Shown: positions 1-10,417 of the stretch, one piece after another
How the letters are laid out: every line of letters starts with the position of its first letter
How positions within the stretch are numbered: position 1 is the first letter of the stretch
NCBI GenBank assembly: GCA_017409405.1
Contig: JAFQSU010000078.1
Span: 13,850-77,849, forward strand
Direction: 5' to 3'
DNA length: 64,000 bases
From: Oscillospiraceae bacterium
GTDB lineage: Bacteria; Bacillota; Clostridia; Oscillospirales; JAAYXM01
Notes under the pieces: generated by a model
Database searches by the model: none
Told to the model about the DNA's origin: nothing
What the model saw: only the letters and a program-made list of their open reading frames with translations
Position numbers and translations under genes: made by a program

Positions 1-741
1 CTTGTTCTTTACAACCTTTGCACGTGTGCGGCTTCCGTACGGCTCATTGCCGTTTTTGAGAGTTTCAACACGTCTGATGTCAATGCGCACACTGGAATAG
101 AACTTAAGCGCACGACCGCCCGTTGTAACCTCAGGGTTGCCATACATTACGCCGACCTTTTCACGCAGCTGGTTAATGAAAATGGCTACACAGTTACCCT
201 TTGAAATTGCACCGGCAAGCTTACGCAGTGCCTGAGACATGAGTCGGGCATGGAGACCGACGAACGCATCGCCCATTTCTCCTTCGATTTCCGCACGCGG
301 AACAAGTGCCGCAACAGAGTCGATTACAATTACATCAATCGCATTACTGCGGACAAGTGCCTCTGCGATTTCAAGAGCCTGTTCACCTGTATCCGGCTGT
401 GAAACAAGAAGGCTGTCGATATCTACGCCGAGCGCAGCTGCATAAACGGGGTCAAGCGCATGCTCAACATCTATAAACGCAGCAGTGCCGCCCTTCTTCT
501 GTGCCTCTGCGACAACATGAAGCGCAACCGTTGTTTTACCCGATGATTCGGGACCGTACATTTCTATAATTCTTCCGCGCGGAAGACCGCCTACGCCAAG
601 CGCAAGGTCAAGTGTCAACGAGCCGGTGGAAATACAGCTGACGTTCATTTCCTGCTTGTCGCCAAGGCGCATGACCGAGCCTTTACCGAACTGCTTTTCT
701 ATCTGGGATATCGCGGTTTCCAATGCTTTTTCTTTTTCCAT
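1..741 (-). CDS. recA: Recombinase RecA (5' part; runs off the window edge)
   Basis: Manual translation from ATG at 741: [27 protein letters not shown]...[20 protein letters not shown]...; AGGAG RBS upstream. Not in the ORF track because it is truncated. Confidence 0.98.
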   Translation of the reverse strand, partial: MEKEKALETAISQIEKQFGKGSVMRLGDKQEMNVSCISTGSLTLDLALGVGGLPRGRIIEMYGPESSGKTTVALHVVAEAQKKGGTAAFIDVEHALDPVYAAALGVDIDSLLVSQPDTGEQALEIAEALVRSNAIDVIVIDSVAALVPRAEIEGEMGDAFVGLHARLMSQALRKLAGAISKGNCVAIFINQLREKVGVMYGNPEVTTGGRALKFYSSVRIDIRRVETLKNGNEPYGSRTRAKVVKNK

Positions 742-764
742 ATCTTTATACACTCCTGTCAATT

Positions 765-1628
765 TTATATAAGTTCAACTTGTTTTATACAAGAAACAAC
801 CCTGTTTGCTCCCGATGTATCTCTCGTTGTCTGAATATTCTTAAGCCCAAAGCCCGAGAGCAGCTTTTCAAGTGATGAGCTTTGTGCTATTCCGCACTCA
901 AAGGCAAGAACGCCTCCGTCATTAAGAACGTCAAGCCAGTTCTCGCAAATAGCACGGTAAAAATCCAAGCCGTCATCTCCGCCCCACAGTGCGTTTTTAG
1001 GTTCAAATTCAACCACGGACTTGTCAAGTGTCTTCATTTCATCGGTTGTAATATACGGAGGATTTGATACTAAAACATCAAATTTGCCGAGATTTGCAGG
1101 CGGCGCGGCTGTCATATCCGCACGGATGACGGAAATTCTTGACGACAAACGGTTGTTATATACGTTCTCCTTTGCAACCTCAAGTGCGCCTTCGGAGATA
1201 TCCGCAAGGACACCCCGTGCCGAATTTCTCATCACGCCGAGAGCTATACCGACACAGCCGCTTCCGCACCCAAGGTCAAGGAAGCGGAATGCCCCGTTTG
1301 AACGACGCAACGCACAGTCTACAAGAGCTTCGGTATCAGAGCGAGGAATAAGAACATCAGGTGTAACCTTCAGTGTTATTCCGTAAAAATCCCACTCACC
1401 GAGAATGTATGCAAGCGGTTCTCCTGCAACCCTTCGCTCGGTAAGACGTGCGGCACTGCGAACAATGTCATTTGATGCATGGAGATATTTATCCCGTACG
1501 AACTCTTCACGGGCTTTCCCCGTGACGCTTTTGAGGATTTCAAATGCTTCAAGCTCTGCCATGGATATTTTTTCGAGAACGAGTCTTCGCCTTATGTCTA
1601 AATATACATCGTTATACGTGGTAAACAA
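765..1628 (-). CDS. prmC: Release factor glutamine methyltransferase PrmC/HemK
   Basis: [29 protein letters not shown] motif, NPPY motif. Confidence 0.95.
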   Translation of the reverse strand: MFTTYNDVYLDIRRRLVLEKISMAELEAFEILKSVTGKAREEFVRDKYLHASNDIVRSAARLTERRVAGEPLAYILGEWDFYGITLKVTPDVLIPRSDTEALVDCALRRSNGAFRFLDLGCGSGCVGIALGVMRNSARGVLADISEGALEVAKENVYNNRLSSRISVIRADMTAAPPANLGKFDVLVSNPPYITTDEMKTLDKSVVEFEPKNALWGGDDGLDFYRAICENWLDVLNDGGVLAFECGIAQSSSLEKLLSGFGLKNIQTTRDTSGANRVVSCIKQVELI

Positions 1629-1652
1629 ATTATCACTCTGCTTTCAAAAGGA

Positions 1653-2591
1653 TTACCAGTTATCTTTTTCCGAATCCTCGGGAATAACCTCACGCAATGC
1701 GGTTATTGCTATCTCTATCATTCCGTCGTCCGGTTCAAACGTTGTGAACTTCTGAAACCAGAGACCGGGGGTTCTTATGATTTTCGTGAGGAAATTGTCG
1801 TGGCGACCTATATATCGGTTGACCTCATAGCTTATGCCCACAACAACCGGCAAAAGCAAAAGTCTTAAGCCCATTCGCACGAACGGATTTGACCAGCTCA
1901 CCACAGAGAAGACAAGCACGCTTATTATCATCACCGAAAACATAAAGCTCGTTCCGCATCGCGGATGCTCTTTTGAGAATTTTTTTACGTTTTCAACAGT
2001 AAGCTCTTCGCCTGCTTCATAGCAGAAAATCGTTTTATGCTCTGCGCCGTGGTAAGAAAACACACGCTTCATATCCTTCATGCGTGATACAGAGAACATG
2101 AATATTAAAAATACAACTATGCGGAGAAGTCCTTCAAGAAGGTTTCTGCCAAGACCTGAGCCTATATACTTATCGAGCGTTCCTGCAAGCAGGGTCGGCA
2201 GGAATATAAAAAGCACAATGGGGATTGCAATGCCGAGAACGGTTGCAATGCCCATAACGGCACTTTCAACAGCACGGCTTCCGAACTTCTTTTCAAGCCA
2301 TTTTTCAAACCTTGTAGGTTCTTCCTCTATCTCTTCAATCGCTATCGACGACGAATATTCAAGTGCCGCAAAGCCTCTTTTTAGAGATTCAAAAAGCCCT
2401 GCTATGCCTCTGAGAAACGGCCACGACAAAATTTTGTAGCGCTCGGTGAGCTTTTTCTGTTCGTCTACCTTCAGCTCAATTTCTCCGTCTGCACGTCTTA
2501 CTGCTATGGCGCTTTTTTCGGGGCCGAGCATCATTATTCCCTCAATAAGTGCCTGACCGCCGATTGTGGTCTTTTTGCAACTTTTCATCAT
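1653..2591 (-). CDS. DUF1385 family membrane protein (YqhQ-like)
   Basis: IGGQALIEGIMM, YHGAEHK, HPRCGTSF motifs; usual neighbour of prmC. Confidence 0.9.
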   Translation of the reverse strand: MMKSCKKTTIGGQALIEGIMMLGPEKSAIAVRRADGEIELKVDEQKKLTERYKILSWPFLRGIAGLFESLKRGFAALEYSSSIAIEEIEEEPTRFEKWLEKKFGSRAVESAVMGIATVLGIAIPIVLFIFLPTLLAGTLDKYIGSGLGRNLLEGLLRIVVFLIFMFSVSRMKDMKRVFSYHGAEHKTIFCYEAGEELTVENVKKFSKEHPRCGTSFMFSVMIISVLVFSVVSWSNPFVRMGLRLLLLPVVVGISYEVNRYIGRHDNFLTKIIRTPGLWFQKFTTFEPDDGMIEIAITALREVIPEDSEKDNW

Positions 2592-2609
2592 TTCAATTAC
2601 CTTTCAAAA

Positions 2610-4043
2610 TTACTCTTCAGTTTCTGTTTCCTTTGTCGGCAAGGTTATAGTTATCGTAGTCCCCTCACCCAAAACACTTTCAATATCGAGAGTTCCACCG
2701 TGAAGATTTACAATCTCATCGCTGACGGCAAGACCGATGCCGTTGCCCTGAGCCTTTGACTTGCCTTTATAAAACTTCATCTTGACATACGGCAGTTCTT
2801 CTTCCGAAATTCCTGCACCGTAGTCTCGGATTTTTATTTTTGCAAGCTTTCCTTCACGAAGTACGCTTATTTCTACCTTCTTGCCCTCTCCGCCATGCTT
2901 TACGGCGTTGTCGAGCATGTTGAAGAACACCTGCTTTAAGCGCTCTCGGTCACCGTTTATCAGTATATCATCCTCGTCGTCCTGTTCATACGACATTGCG
3001 ACCCCTGCTTTTTTGAAGGTATCGCCGTACATAAAGAGAGTTTCTTCAAACTCTGCCTTGAGGTTCACCGTATCAACATAAAGCGTGAATCTTCCCGTTT
3101 CCATCCTCGCAAAATCAAGAAGCTCTTCAACCATTTTTGAAAGTCTGCGTGTTTCCTTGAGGATAATCTCTATTCCTCTTGATGCTTCTTCTTTATTTTC
3201 AACACCTACGGTTGTAAGCGTTTCACCCCAGCCGATGATTGCCGTCAGCGGTGTACGAAGCTCATGAGAAACAGAAGATATAAAGTCGTTTTTTATCTTA
3301 TCTGCACGGGCAATCTCTGCGGACATCTCATTGATGGAATCCACAAGCTCGCCTATTTCATCCTCGTATTTGTTGTCAATCGTTACGCCGTAGCTTCCCT
3401 CTGTTATTTTCTTTGATATATCCGTAACCTCACGAAGCGGATAAACGATGGATCTTATGAAATACTTGTTCGAGATGAACACGAGAAGTACCATGACTAT
3501 GCCTATCAGAAAGGCAATGAGGGTCTGCAGAACTATTCTCTTGTCCACCGTACGCAGGGCCGTGACGTAGCGGACAACGCCGACAACCTTCCGTTCACCC
3601 GAGACAAGAGGACACGACACACACATAATTCTCTCGCCGGTATGTCTGTCGCGACCGACAAAGGTGCTGATTTTATTTGCCGAAACAGCTTCATTTATTT
3701 CCGGAGTTCCGAGAATCATGCCTGCAGGAAGACCTGATGAGGACATGACTATTCTGCCGTTTGTGAACAGAATCTGTCGCTCAACTCCTCGCATGTTCGC
3801 AGTCCCTGCAAGCTGGCGCTTTGCATTAAGATAGAATGAATCCATACTGGAGGTGAGGTCGTCACTGAAATATTCTGCGCTCATCTGGGCACTGTTTGTA
3901 AGGCTTGTGCGGATACTTACGTAGTAATAATTCATTGCCGTGACGGAAAAGACCACTATGCATATGGCAACAACAAGTGCAATGTATATAAGGTTATTTA
4001 TCATCCATTTGCCGCGAAGTCCTATTGAATGCTTCATTGCCAT
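2610..4043 (-). CDS. Sensor histidine kinase (2 TM, HAMP, HisKA, HATPase)
   Basis: SHELRTPLT H-box, NMLDNAVKH N-box, DYGAGI and GNGIGL G-boxes. Confidence 0.95.
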   Translation of the reverse strand: MAMKHSIGLRGKWMINNLIYIALVVAICIVVFSVTAMNYYYVSIRTSLTNSAQMSAEYFSDDLTSSMDSFYLNAKRQLAGTANMRGVERQILFTNGRIVMSSSGLPAGMILGTPEINEAVSANKISTFVGRDRHTGERIMCVSCPLVSGERKVVGVVRYVTALRTVDKRIVLQTLIAFLIGIVMVLLVFISNKYFIRSIVYPLREVTDISKKITEGSYGVTIDNKYEDEIGELVDSINEMSAEIARADKIKNDFISSVSHELRTPLTAIIGWGETLTTVGVENKEEASRGIEIILKETRRLSKMVEELLDFARMETGRFTLYVDTVNLKAEFEETLFMYGDTFKKAGVAMSYEQDDEDDILINGDRERLKQVFFNMLDNAVKHGGEGKKVEISVLREGKLAKIKIRDYGAGISEEELPYVKMKFYKGKSKAQGNGIGLAVSDEIVNLHGGTLDIESVLGEGTTITITLPTKETETEE

Positions 4044-4082
4044 GCCCCTTTCCGTATCTCAAAATTCAAATTTCGCTGTGTC

Positions 4083-4778
4083 CTATGAGTTCCACTTGTA
4101 TCCGTAGCCCCAGACGGTCTGAATATATGTCGGGAATGCCGGATTGTCTTCAATTTTAATACGCAAACGGCGTATATTTACGTCCACTATTTTAAGCTCA
4201 CCGATATAGTCGTTTCCCCATACCGCCGTCAGCATGTCCTCACGGGAGATTGCACGGTCGGGATTTTCGAGAAAATAGCGCATAATCGTGTATTCTACCT
4301 GGGTAAGACGAATGCGCTCTCCGTTCTTGTCAAGGGTTCTGTTTCTTGTATTGAGTTCAAACGGACCGCTCACCATTCGCGCACTGTCTTCAGCAATTAC
4401 GCCGTCAAGTCTTCTGTACAGCGCATCAATTCTTGCAATCAGCTCTGTCGGAGAAAAGGGCTTTGTTACATAGTCATCCGCCCCTGTCATGAGACCCGTT
4501 ACACGGTCAACCTCCTGCGTGCGTGCAGTCAACATTATAATGCCTATTTTTGAACCGCTGCCTCGAATCCTGCGGCAAAGCTCAAACCCGTCAATTCCGG
4601 GAAGCATGATGTCAAGAAGGGCAACCCCTATTCCCTGCTCACGGGAAAGCAATTCAAGTGCTGCCTCACCGGAGTCTGCCTCGCAGACATCGTATCCGGC
4701 ACGGCTTAAGTTTATAACGATAAAGCTTCTTATGCTGGCTTCGTCTTCAACTACAAGTATTTTTTTCTTGCCGCTCAT
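4083..4778 (-). CDS. OmpR-family response regulator
   Basis: VVEDE, LLDIMLPGIDG, GADDYVTKPF, winged-helix VDVNIRRLR and TVWGYGY; alternative GTG start at 4787. Confidence 0.95.
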   Translation of the reverse strand: MSGKKKILVVEDEASIRSFIVINLSRAGYDVCEADSGEAALELLSREQGIGVALLDIMLPGIDGFELCRRIRGSGSKIGIIMLTARTQEVDRVTGLMTGADDYVTKPFSPTELIARIDALYRRLDGVIAEDSARMVSGPFELNTRNRTLDKNGERIRLTQVEYTIMRYFLENPDRAISREDMLTAVWGNDYIGELKIVDVNIRRLRIKIEDNPAFPTYIQTVWGYGYKWNS

Positions 4779-4790
4779 TCCATCCACCCT

Positions 4791-6104
4791 CTATGCAAAT
4801 AATATCTCGGAAATCCATTCACTTTCGCGGTTTTTGAATATTGATTTCAAAAACTGTTCATCAATTTTTGTTGCAAGGTAGCTTTCACTTATTACTTCTG
4901 CCGCAAAAAGCGTGTCCTCACGTTCTGCGATAATAATTTTACCGGTTTCCTCGGCATGCTGTTTTCTGTTTCCTCCCGTAAGAACATGCACCGAGAACAA
5001 AGGTGCCTCAAGCTGCTCGGGATCGTCGCCGTATATATTCTCCAGCGTCGAAAAGCTCACGACGACTCCGCCGGGACGGACGGTTGTGCGCTCAGAACGC
5101 ACACTTCCGCTCCACGAAACCGGCATAGACAAATACCAACCGTCACTGAATGAGTGGTATGTGAATGCAGTCTGGCGAAGCTTGCCGTCATCCGTCAATG
5201 CATTCCACCTGTAGCATCCGCTCGCTTCCTCGCTTGTTATCTGCGGTTCTGCCTCTTTGGGTATCTCTATAATTCCGTCGCCGTTTACATCTGCACAAAA
5301 CGCACGGGATACACATACATCACCTTGGGGAAGCAGATTGATGAACCTTTCACCGTCAAAGGTGATTACATCGGTGATAACCCCGTCCCCTGCTTCACGC
5401 TCGATAAACACTCCGTTTTTCGAGGATGTAACGCCACCGGTCTTAATGCGCAGAAGTTTTCCGCCTTGATTTGCCAGACGGATTTCACACTTTTTGTCTA
5501 TTGTTCCGTCATCAGAGGTATAAACGTCTGCATACATGTATTCACCGCGTTTTACCACTGCAACAAAGTCATTCTTTGCATCCCCGTCAATATCGCTGAC
5601 AGAAAACTGCGTGGCAGAAATGTCAAGAATCTTTTCCATGCCGTCGAGTTTGACGTTATATACGGTTACGGGATGGCTGCCGTCACGGTCAGCACCCCAT
5701 TCAACTATGATTTCATAACCGTCACGGCCAAGAAGGTCAGAATACGATACGGTGTAAAGCTCTTTTTCCGAGCCTTCAATGATATCAAACAGAGAAAAAC
5801 CCTGCTCGTCTTTTTCGAAAATGTAAATAAACGTTTTATAAGTCTCTGAAACATCTCGCAGAAAAGCGATGCCCTCTTCCTCTCCGTCACCGTCGAGGTC
5901 CATAAGCTGGAGAGACTGACGGTTGAGCCCGGAGCGAGGCTCGGAATATTCAAAACCGCCGCCGCGCACAGAGTCAACGGTTTCTATGAGCGTCTTTTGC
6001 ATCTCAGGCATCTCAGGCAACGCAAACATATCCGACTCTGTATTTATACCACAGCCGCAAAGCAAAAATATGAAAATAAAAAACGCATATATTACTCTTT
6101 TCAC
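4791..6104 (-). CDS. Lipoprotein with FG-GAP/VCBS-like Ca-binding loops, first gene of the TCS operon
   Basis: Lipobox LLCGC; DLDGDGEEE, DIDGDAKND, DVNGDGIIE motifs; start uncertain (6104 or 6119). Confidence 0.75.
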   Translation of the reverse strand: MKRVIYAFFIFIFLLCGCGINTESDMFALPEMPEMQKTLIETVDSVRGGGFEYSEPRSGLNRQSLQLMDLDGDGEEEGIAFLRDVSETYKTFIYIFEKDEQGFSLFDIIEGSEKELYTVSYSDLLGRDGYEIIVEWGADRDGSHPVTVYNVKLDGMEKILDISATQFSVSDIDGDAKNDFVAVVKRGEYMYADVYTSDDGTIDKKCEIRLANQGGKLLRIKTGGVTSSKNGVFIEREAGDGVITDVITFDGERFINLLPQGDVCVSRAFCADVNGDGIIEIPKEAEPQITSEEASGCYRWNALTDDGKLRQTAFTYHSFSDGWYLSMPVSWSGSVRSERTTVRPGGVVVSFSTLENIYGDDPEQLEAPLFSVHVLTGGNRKQHAEETGKIIIAEREDTLFAAEVISESYLATKIDEQFLKSIFKNRESEWISEILFA

Positions 6105-6148
6105 GCTACCTGTCACCACACAAATTTACATATATTCATTCATCATTT

Positions 6149-6177
6149 ATTATAGCACAAACAAAGACCGCTTACAA
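6149..6177 (-). promoter_or_regulatory. Sigma-A promoter for the lipoprotein-RR-HK operon
   Basis: TTGTAA-17 nt-TATAAT with extended TG. Confidence 0.65.
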
Positions 6178-6213
6178 GCATTATTTGTGCCTATTTTGCT
6201 GTTTTTTAAAGAG

Positions 6214-6253
6214 AAAGAAGGCATCGCAAATATACCTTGCGATACCCTCTTTT
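6214..6253 (-). terminator. Intrinsic terminator after pheT
   Basis: GAGGGTATCGCAA...TTGCGATGCCTTC followed by TTTCTC on the minus strand. Confidence 0.7.
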
Positions 6254-6263
6254 GATTGGTCTT

Positions 6264-8624
6264 TTAGCCCTTGAGTGCAATACCTTTTGCCTCAAGATTT
6301 TTGATGATTCCGTCGACGGTTTCCATGACCTCATCACGGGTCAGAGTCTTCTCGGGATGCGAGAAGACCGTGCGTACGGTAATCGATTTTCCATTCTCGT
6401 CCGTATACGTATCTACGACGGAGACTTTTTTTATGAGCGGACAGTTTGCAGCATCAATCTCAGCTTTAATCGGAGCAAACTTTTCACTTACAAAGGAAAG
6501 GTCTATCTCAATTTCGGGGAAACGGGACGGCTCTTCGTATGCAATGCCTGCATTCCTGATTTTTGCAAACTCACCGACATCAATTTCAGCAAATACAATA
6601 TTTGCCTTTTTGTCAATCTTTTTTGATACCTGTGCATTTGCTATTCCGATTTCACCGAGCTTTATACCTGCGCAGTATACTGCATTGAGGTTTTTCGGAT
6701 GCTTGTATGAGCTCTTTTCTTCAATTTTCTCAAAAGTAAGCTTTTCGTGCTTGATGTCATCAGCAATAACAGCAAGCATATCACGAAGCTCAAAATACAG
6801 CTCTTCCATGCCCTTCGTTTTCGAGAAAAGGGTTATTGCAAGCTTCTTATGCTCATCACAGAGATTGTCAGAATTAAGCCCTTCGACTGTTCTTCCTATT
6901 TCAAACACACCAAAATCGGGCGCATATGCCGTATTGTATTTTACCTGACAGAGCTGTGTCGGAACAATTGACTTTCTGATTGTCTTGATATTCGGATTTG
7001 TCGCATTGACAAGCTCAACATTGGGCTCGATATCAATACCGAGTGCCTTGTACTCATCATAATATGCCCATACGTATGAATGGAGCTCATGGAGGGAAAA
7101 ACGTTTTACGAGAATGTCTTTGATTCTGTCCTCATCAGTTTTTTCCTGTTCGGCACGAACCGGGTAAAGCGGAACCGCAGCTGTATTGACAGCAAAGTTA
7201 TCATAACCGTAAATACGTGTGATTTCCTCGATAATATCTGCCTTCATCGTGACATCCTTTGTTGCACGCCATGAAGGAACCTTTACCTTGAAATCCGAAG
7301 CCTTGTTTTCAACACCGAAGCCGAGAGCTGTAAGCGTTTTTACAATGCGGTCGTTTTCGATGTCAATTCCCGTGTAACGGTCAACAAAAGCTTTGTTAAA
7401 TGAAAGCTCTATGTCGTCATATTTAAACGCATATTCATCGGTGAGAGCACTTGTTACAACCGCGCCGCTGTCGATATCGAGGAGAAGCTTTACGAAACGG
7501 GCAATAGCCGGAACCGTCATTTCCGGGTCGAGACTCTTTTCATAACGCTGAGATGCATCCGTTCTGTGGCCGAGGCGAACCGTGGACTTGCGGATAGATG
7601 ATGCATCAAAGGTTGCCGACTCAAGAGTGAGAGAGGATGTGTCGTCAACTATCTCGGAATCAAGACCGCCCATAATTCCGGCGATGGCAACAGGCGTATC
7701 ACCGTTGCAAATCATGAGAGTGTTCTCGTCTATATCACGCTCTGCTCCGTCAAGAGTTTTAAATGAAAACGGCTTATCAAATCTCTTTATGCGGATTTTG
7801 TCAACCTTGCGTGAGTCAAATGCATGCATAGGCTGACCCATTTCAAGCATTAGGTAATTGGTAAGGTCTGCAAGTAGATTGAGTGCACGCATACCGCAAT
7901 AATACAGACGGATGCGCATGTTCATCGGGCTTACATGCTTTGAGATATTCTCAAAGCGAAGGCATGAATAACGGTAGCAAAGCGGATCTTCAATCTTAAG
8001 ATCGAGCTTCGGAAGCTCGTTATATGCACCAAGGTCAACAACATCAAGAGGTTTGAGCTCACGTCCCGAAATCGCCGCGAACTCACGGGCGATGCCGTAA
8101 TGACCCCAAAGGTCAGGACGGTTTGTGAGTGACTTGTTGTCAACCTCGAAGACGATATCATCGATTTCATAGATACTCTTAAGGTCTGTTCCGTTTGGAA
8201 CATCCTCGCAGATATCCATAATACCGTCATTGTTATCGCTTATGCCAAGCTCTTTTTCCGAGCAGCACATACCGCAGGAAAGATATCCCGCAAGCTTTCT
8301 CGGGGCAATCTCAATCTCGCCGATTTTTGCGCCCACCTTTGCAAATGCCGTCTTCATACCGACACGTACATTAGGTGCACCGCAGACAACATCAACAAGC
8401 TCTGCCTCACCTGCATCGACCTTGAGCAGGTGGAGCTTTTTTGAATCGGGATGATTCTCAACCGACTTAATCTCCGCAACAACTATACCTGAAATATCAC
8501 TGCCGCGGAAAGCGATGTCGTTTTCAACCTCTGCTGTGGAGAGGGAGAATTTATTTATAAGCTCAAGCTTATCAAGACCGGACAGATCGACAAAGTCCGA
8601 AATCCAATTCATAGATAAAAACAT
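6264..8624 (-). CDS. pheT: Phenylalanine-tRNA ligase beta subunit
   Basis: tRNA-binding OB domain (HPDSKKL, VVCGAPNV), B3/4 GQPMHAFD, B5 DIIEEITRIYGY, C-terminal FDX-ACB domain. Confidence 0.96.
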   Translation of the reverse strand: MFLSMNWISDFVDLSGLDKLELINKFSLSTAEVENDIAFRGSDISGIVVAEIKSVENHPDSKKLHLLKVDAGEAELVDVVCGAPNVRVGMKTAFAKVGAKIGEIEIAPRKLAGYLSCGMCCSEKELGISDNNDGIMDICEDVPNGTDLKSIYEIDDIVFEVDNKSLTNRPDLWGHYGIAREFAAISGRELKPLDVVDLGAYNELPKLDLKIEDPLCYRYSCLRFENISKHVSPMNMRIRLYYCGMRALNLLADLTNYLMLEMGQPMHAFDSRKVDKIRIKRFDKPFSFKTLDGAERDIDENTLMICNGDTPVAIAGIMGGLDSEIVDDTSSLTLESATFDASSIRKSTVRLGHRTDASQRYEKSLDPEMTVPAIARFVKLLLDIDSGAVVTSALTDEYAFKYDDIELSFNKAFVDRYTGIDIENDRIVKTLTALGFGVENKASDFKVKVPSWRATKDVTMKADIIEEITRIYGYDNFAVNTAAVPLYPVRAEQEKTDEDRIKDILVKRFSLHELHSYVWAYYDEYKALGIDIEPNVELVNATNPNIKTIRKSIVPTQLCQVKYNTAYAPDFGVFEIGRTVEGLNSDNLCDEHKKLAITLFSKTKGMEELYFELRDMLAVIADDIKHEKLTFEKIEEKSSYKHPKNLNAVYCAGIKLGEIGIANAQVSKKIDKKANIVFAEIDVGEFAKIRNAGIAYEEPSRFPEIEIDLSFVSEKFAPIKAEIDAANCPLIKKVSVVDTYTDENGKSITVRTVFSHPEKTLTRDEVMETVDGIIKNLEAKGIALKG

Positions 8625-8641
8625 ACTGTACCTCTCCTTTC

Positions 8642-9694
8642 TTATTTATCGTCGGTGAACTGCGAAAGACTCTTGAGACTTCCGGAGTTTAAGTCACGTA
8701 TATCGCGGACACCGTACTTCATCATTGCAAGGCGGGTAAGACCCAGACCAAATGCAAAGCCCGTGTATTCTTCGGGGTCGATTCCGCCGGCCTTAAGGAC
8801 CTCGGGATGAATCATACCGCACGGGCAGAGCTCAAGCCAGCCGCTGTGCTTGCACGAAGCGCAGCCCTCTCCGCCGCAGATGAGACAGCTTATGTCAAGC
8901 TCAAAGCCCGGCTCAACAAACGGGAAAAAGCCCGGACGAAGACGTACCTTGATATCCTTCTGAAATACCTCGGAAAGCATCGTCTTCATAAAGAAAATGA
9001 GATTTGAAATTGAAATATTTTTATCCACCATAACGCCTTCCATCTGGAAGAAGGTATTTTCGTGGCAGGCATCTGTAGCTTCGTTTCTGAAGCAACGGCC
9101 GGGGAATATAGCCTTTATCGGCTTTCCTTCATTTATAAGAGAATCCTTATACTTCTTGTAAATTGCGTTCTGCGCCGCAGAAGTATGGGATTTCAAAAGC
9201 TGACCGTTTTCGAGATAGTATGTGTCCTGCATATCACGGGCAGGATGGTTTTTCGGAATGTTGAGCGCCTCAAAGCATTCGTAATCGGTAACTATTTCGC
9301 TATAATCCTCGACAGCAAAGCCCATTGATTTGAATATCTCCTCACACTGACGCTGAACAAGCGTAATGGGATGATAAGAGCCTCTTTCAAGGTTCGCCGG
9401 AACGGAAATATCAAATTCGGGCATAAGACTGTTTTCGCGTTCAATTTCAGCCTGCTTTATTGCCTCACGTTTTTCGGCTATCTTATCGGTTACTTCCTCT
9501 TTAAGAACATTGACGGTCTGACCAAAGGTCTTTTTCTCCTCGGGGGTGAGGTTTTTCATGTCCTTCAAAAGCTCTGTAACAAGACCCTTTTTGCCGAGAT
9601 ATTCAACCCTTATTTTTTCAAGGGCTTCCATGTTGTCAGCAGTATCCAGCGCATCAAGAAATGCAGCTTTAAGCTGTGCGGTTTTCTCTGACAT
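8642..9694 (-). CDS. pheS: Phenylalanine-tRNA ligase alpha subunit
   Basis: HPARDMQDT, FFPFVEPG, GFAFGLG; ATG at 9694 after an AAAGGAAG RBS (the longer ORF extension overlaps the T-box). Confidence 0.96.
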   Translation of the reverse strand: MSEKTAQLKAAFLDALDTADNMEALEKIRVEYLGKKGLVTELLKDMKNLTPEEKKTFGQTVNVLKEEVTDKIAEKREAIKQAEIERENSLMPEFDISVPANLERGSYHPITLVQRQCEEIFKSMGFAVEDYSEIVTDYECFEALNIPKNHPARDMQDTYYLENGQLLKSHTSAAQNAIYKKYKDSLINEGKPIKAIFPGRCFRNEATDACHENTFFQMEGVMVDKNISISNLIFFMKTMLSEVFQKDIKVRLRPGFFPFVEPGFELDISCLICGGEGCASCKHSGWLELCPCGMIHPEVLKAGGIDPEEYTGFAFGLGLTRLAMMKYGVRDIRDLNSGSLKSLSQFTDDK

Positions 9695-9729
9695 GTAAAT
9701 CTTCCTTTCTGTTATAGTTTTCAAGCGAA

Positions 9730-9985
9730 CAAAAAAGCTCGCCCCGAAAAATCGGGACGAGCAAAAATTACCCGCGGTACCACCCAAATTCAGGGACTTT
9801 CCCTGCACTTATAATATGTCACGACGTGGACATAATACACCCTGCTTAATCCCGAGATGGGTTTTCACAGAAGGCTCCCATGCTGAAATTCACACATTGC
9901 ATCCGAAGCGAAACTTTCAGCCTGCGGTTTCTGCTCTCTGTTACGGATAAAGCAACGGCTACTTACACATTTTCATTGCCTGTTT
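9730..9985 (-). promoter_or_regulatory. T-box riboswitch (Phe) controlling pheST
   Basis: AGAGA and GCTGAAA stem I motifs, likely UUC specifier at 9885-9887, T-box AATTTGGGTGGTACCGCGG, terminator GCTCGTCCCG...CGGGGCGAGC-TTTTTT. Confidence 0.92.
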
Positions 9986-10154
9986 ACATATGTAATATAT
10001 AATACTTCATTTTTTTAAAAAAGTCAAATATTTTTATTTATAAAAGTAATTTATATGATTGTGTGAAGTTTTTGCCATACAGAAATTACAACTCATATAA
10101 AACTTTAAACCGCTCAAAATACTAATGAAGTTGATTTGAGGAGGTGAATTTGAA

Positions 10155-10337
10155 ATGGCAATCGTACCGAACGCACAGGATGCACTCAACAAGTTTAAGA
10201 TGGAAGCTGCATCAGAAGTAGGTGTTAACCTCAAGCAGGGTTACAACGGTGATCTTACTTCCCGTCAGGCAGGTTCTATCGGCGGTCAGATGGTTAAGAA
10301 GATGATCGAGTCTTACGAGCAGAACTTAAGCAAGTAA
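10155..10337 (+). CDS. Alpha/beta-type small acid-soluble spore protein
   Basis: ALNKFKMEAASEVGV...GDLTSRQAGSIGGQMVKKMI; GGAGGTG RBS. Confidence 0.95.
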   Translation: MAIVPNAQDALNKFKMEAASEVGVNLKQGYNGDLTSRQAGSIGGQMVKKMIESYEQNLSK

Positions 10338-10360
10338 CAATATTCTGAATAGAATATAAA

Positions 10361-10408
10361 GAGGCTGTTGCATTTCGATTTTACTTAAACCGATTTGCAA
10401 CAGCCTCA
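10361..10408. terminator. Hairpin between convergent SASP and RluA genes
   Basis: GAGGCTGTTGCA...TGCAACAGCCTC inverted repeat. Confidence 0.65.
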
Positions 10409-10417
10409 TACTTTATG

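Noticed and set aside
9695-9808. N-terminal extension of PheS in the ORF track
   Set aside because: It overlaps the T-box antiterminator and terminator; the start with an RBS is ATG 9694.
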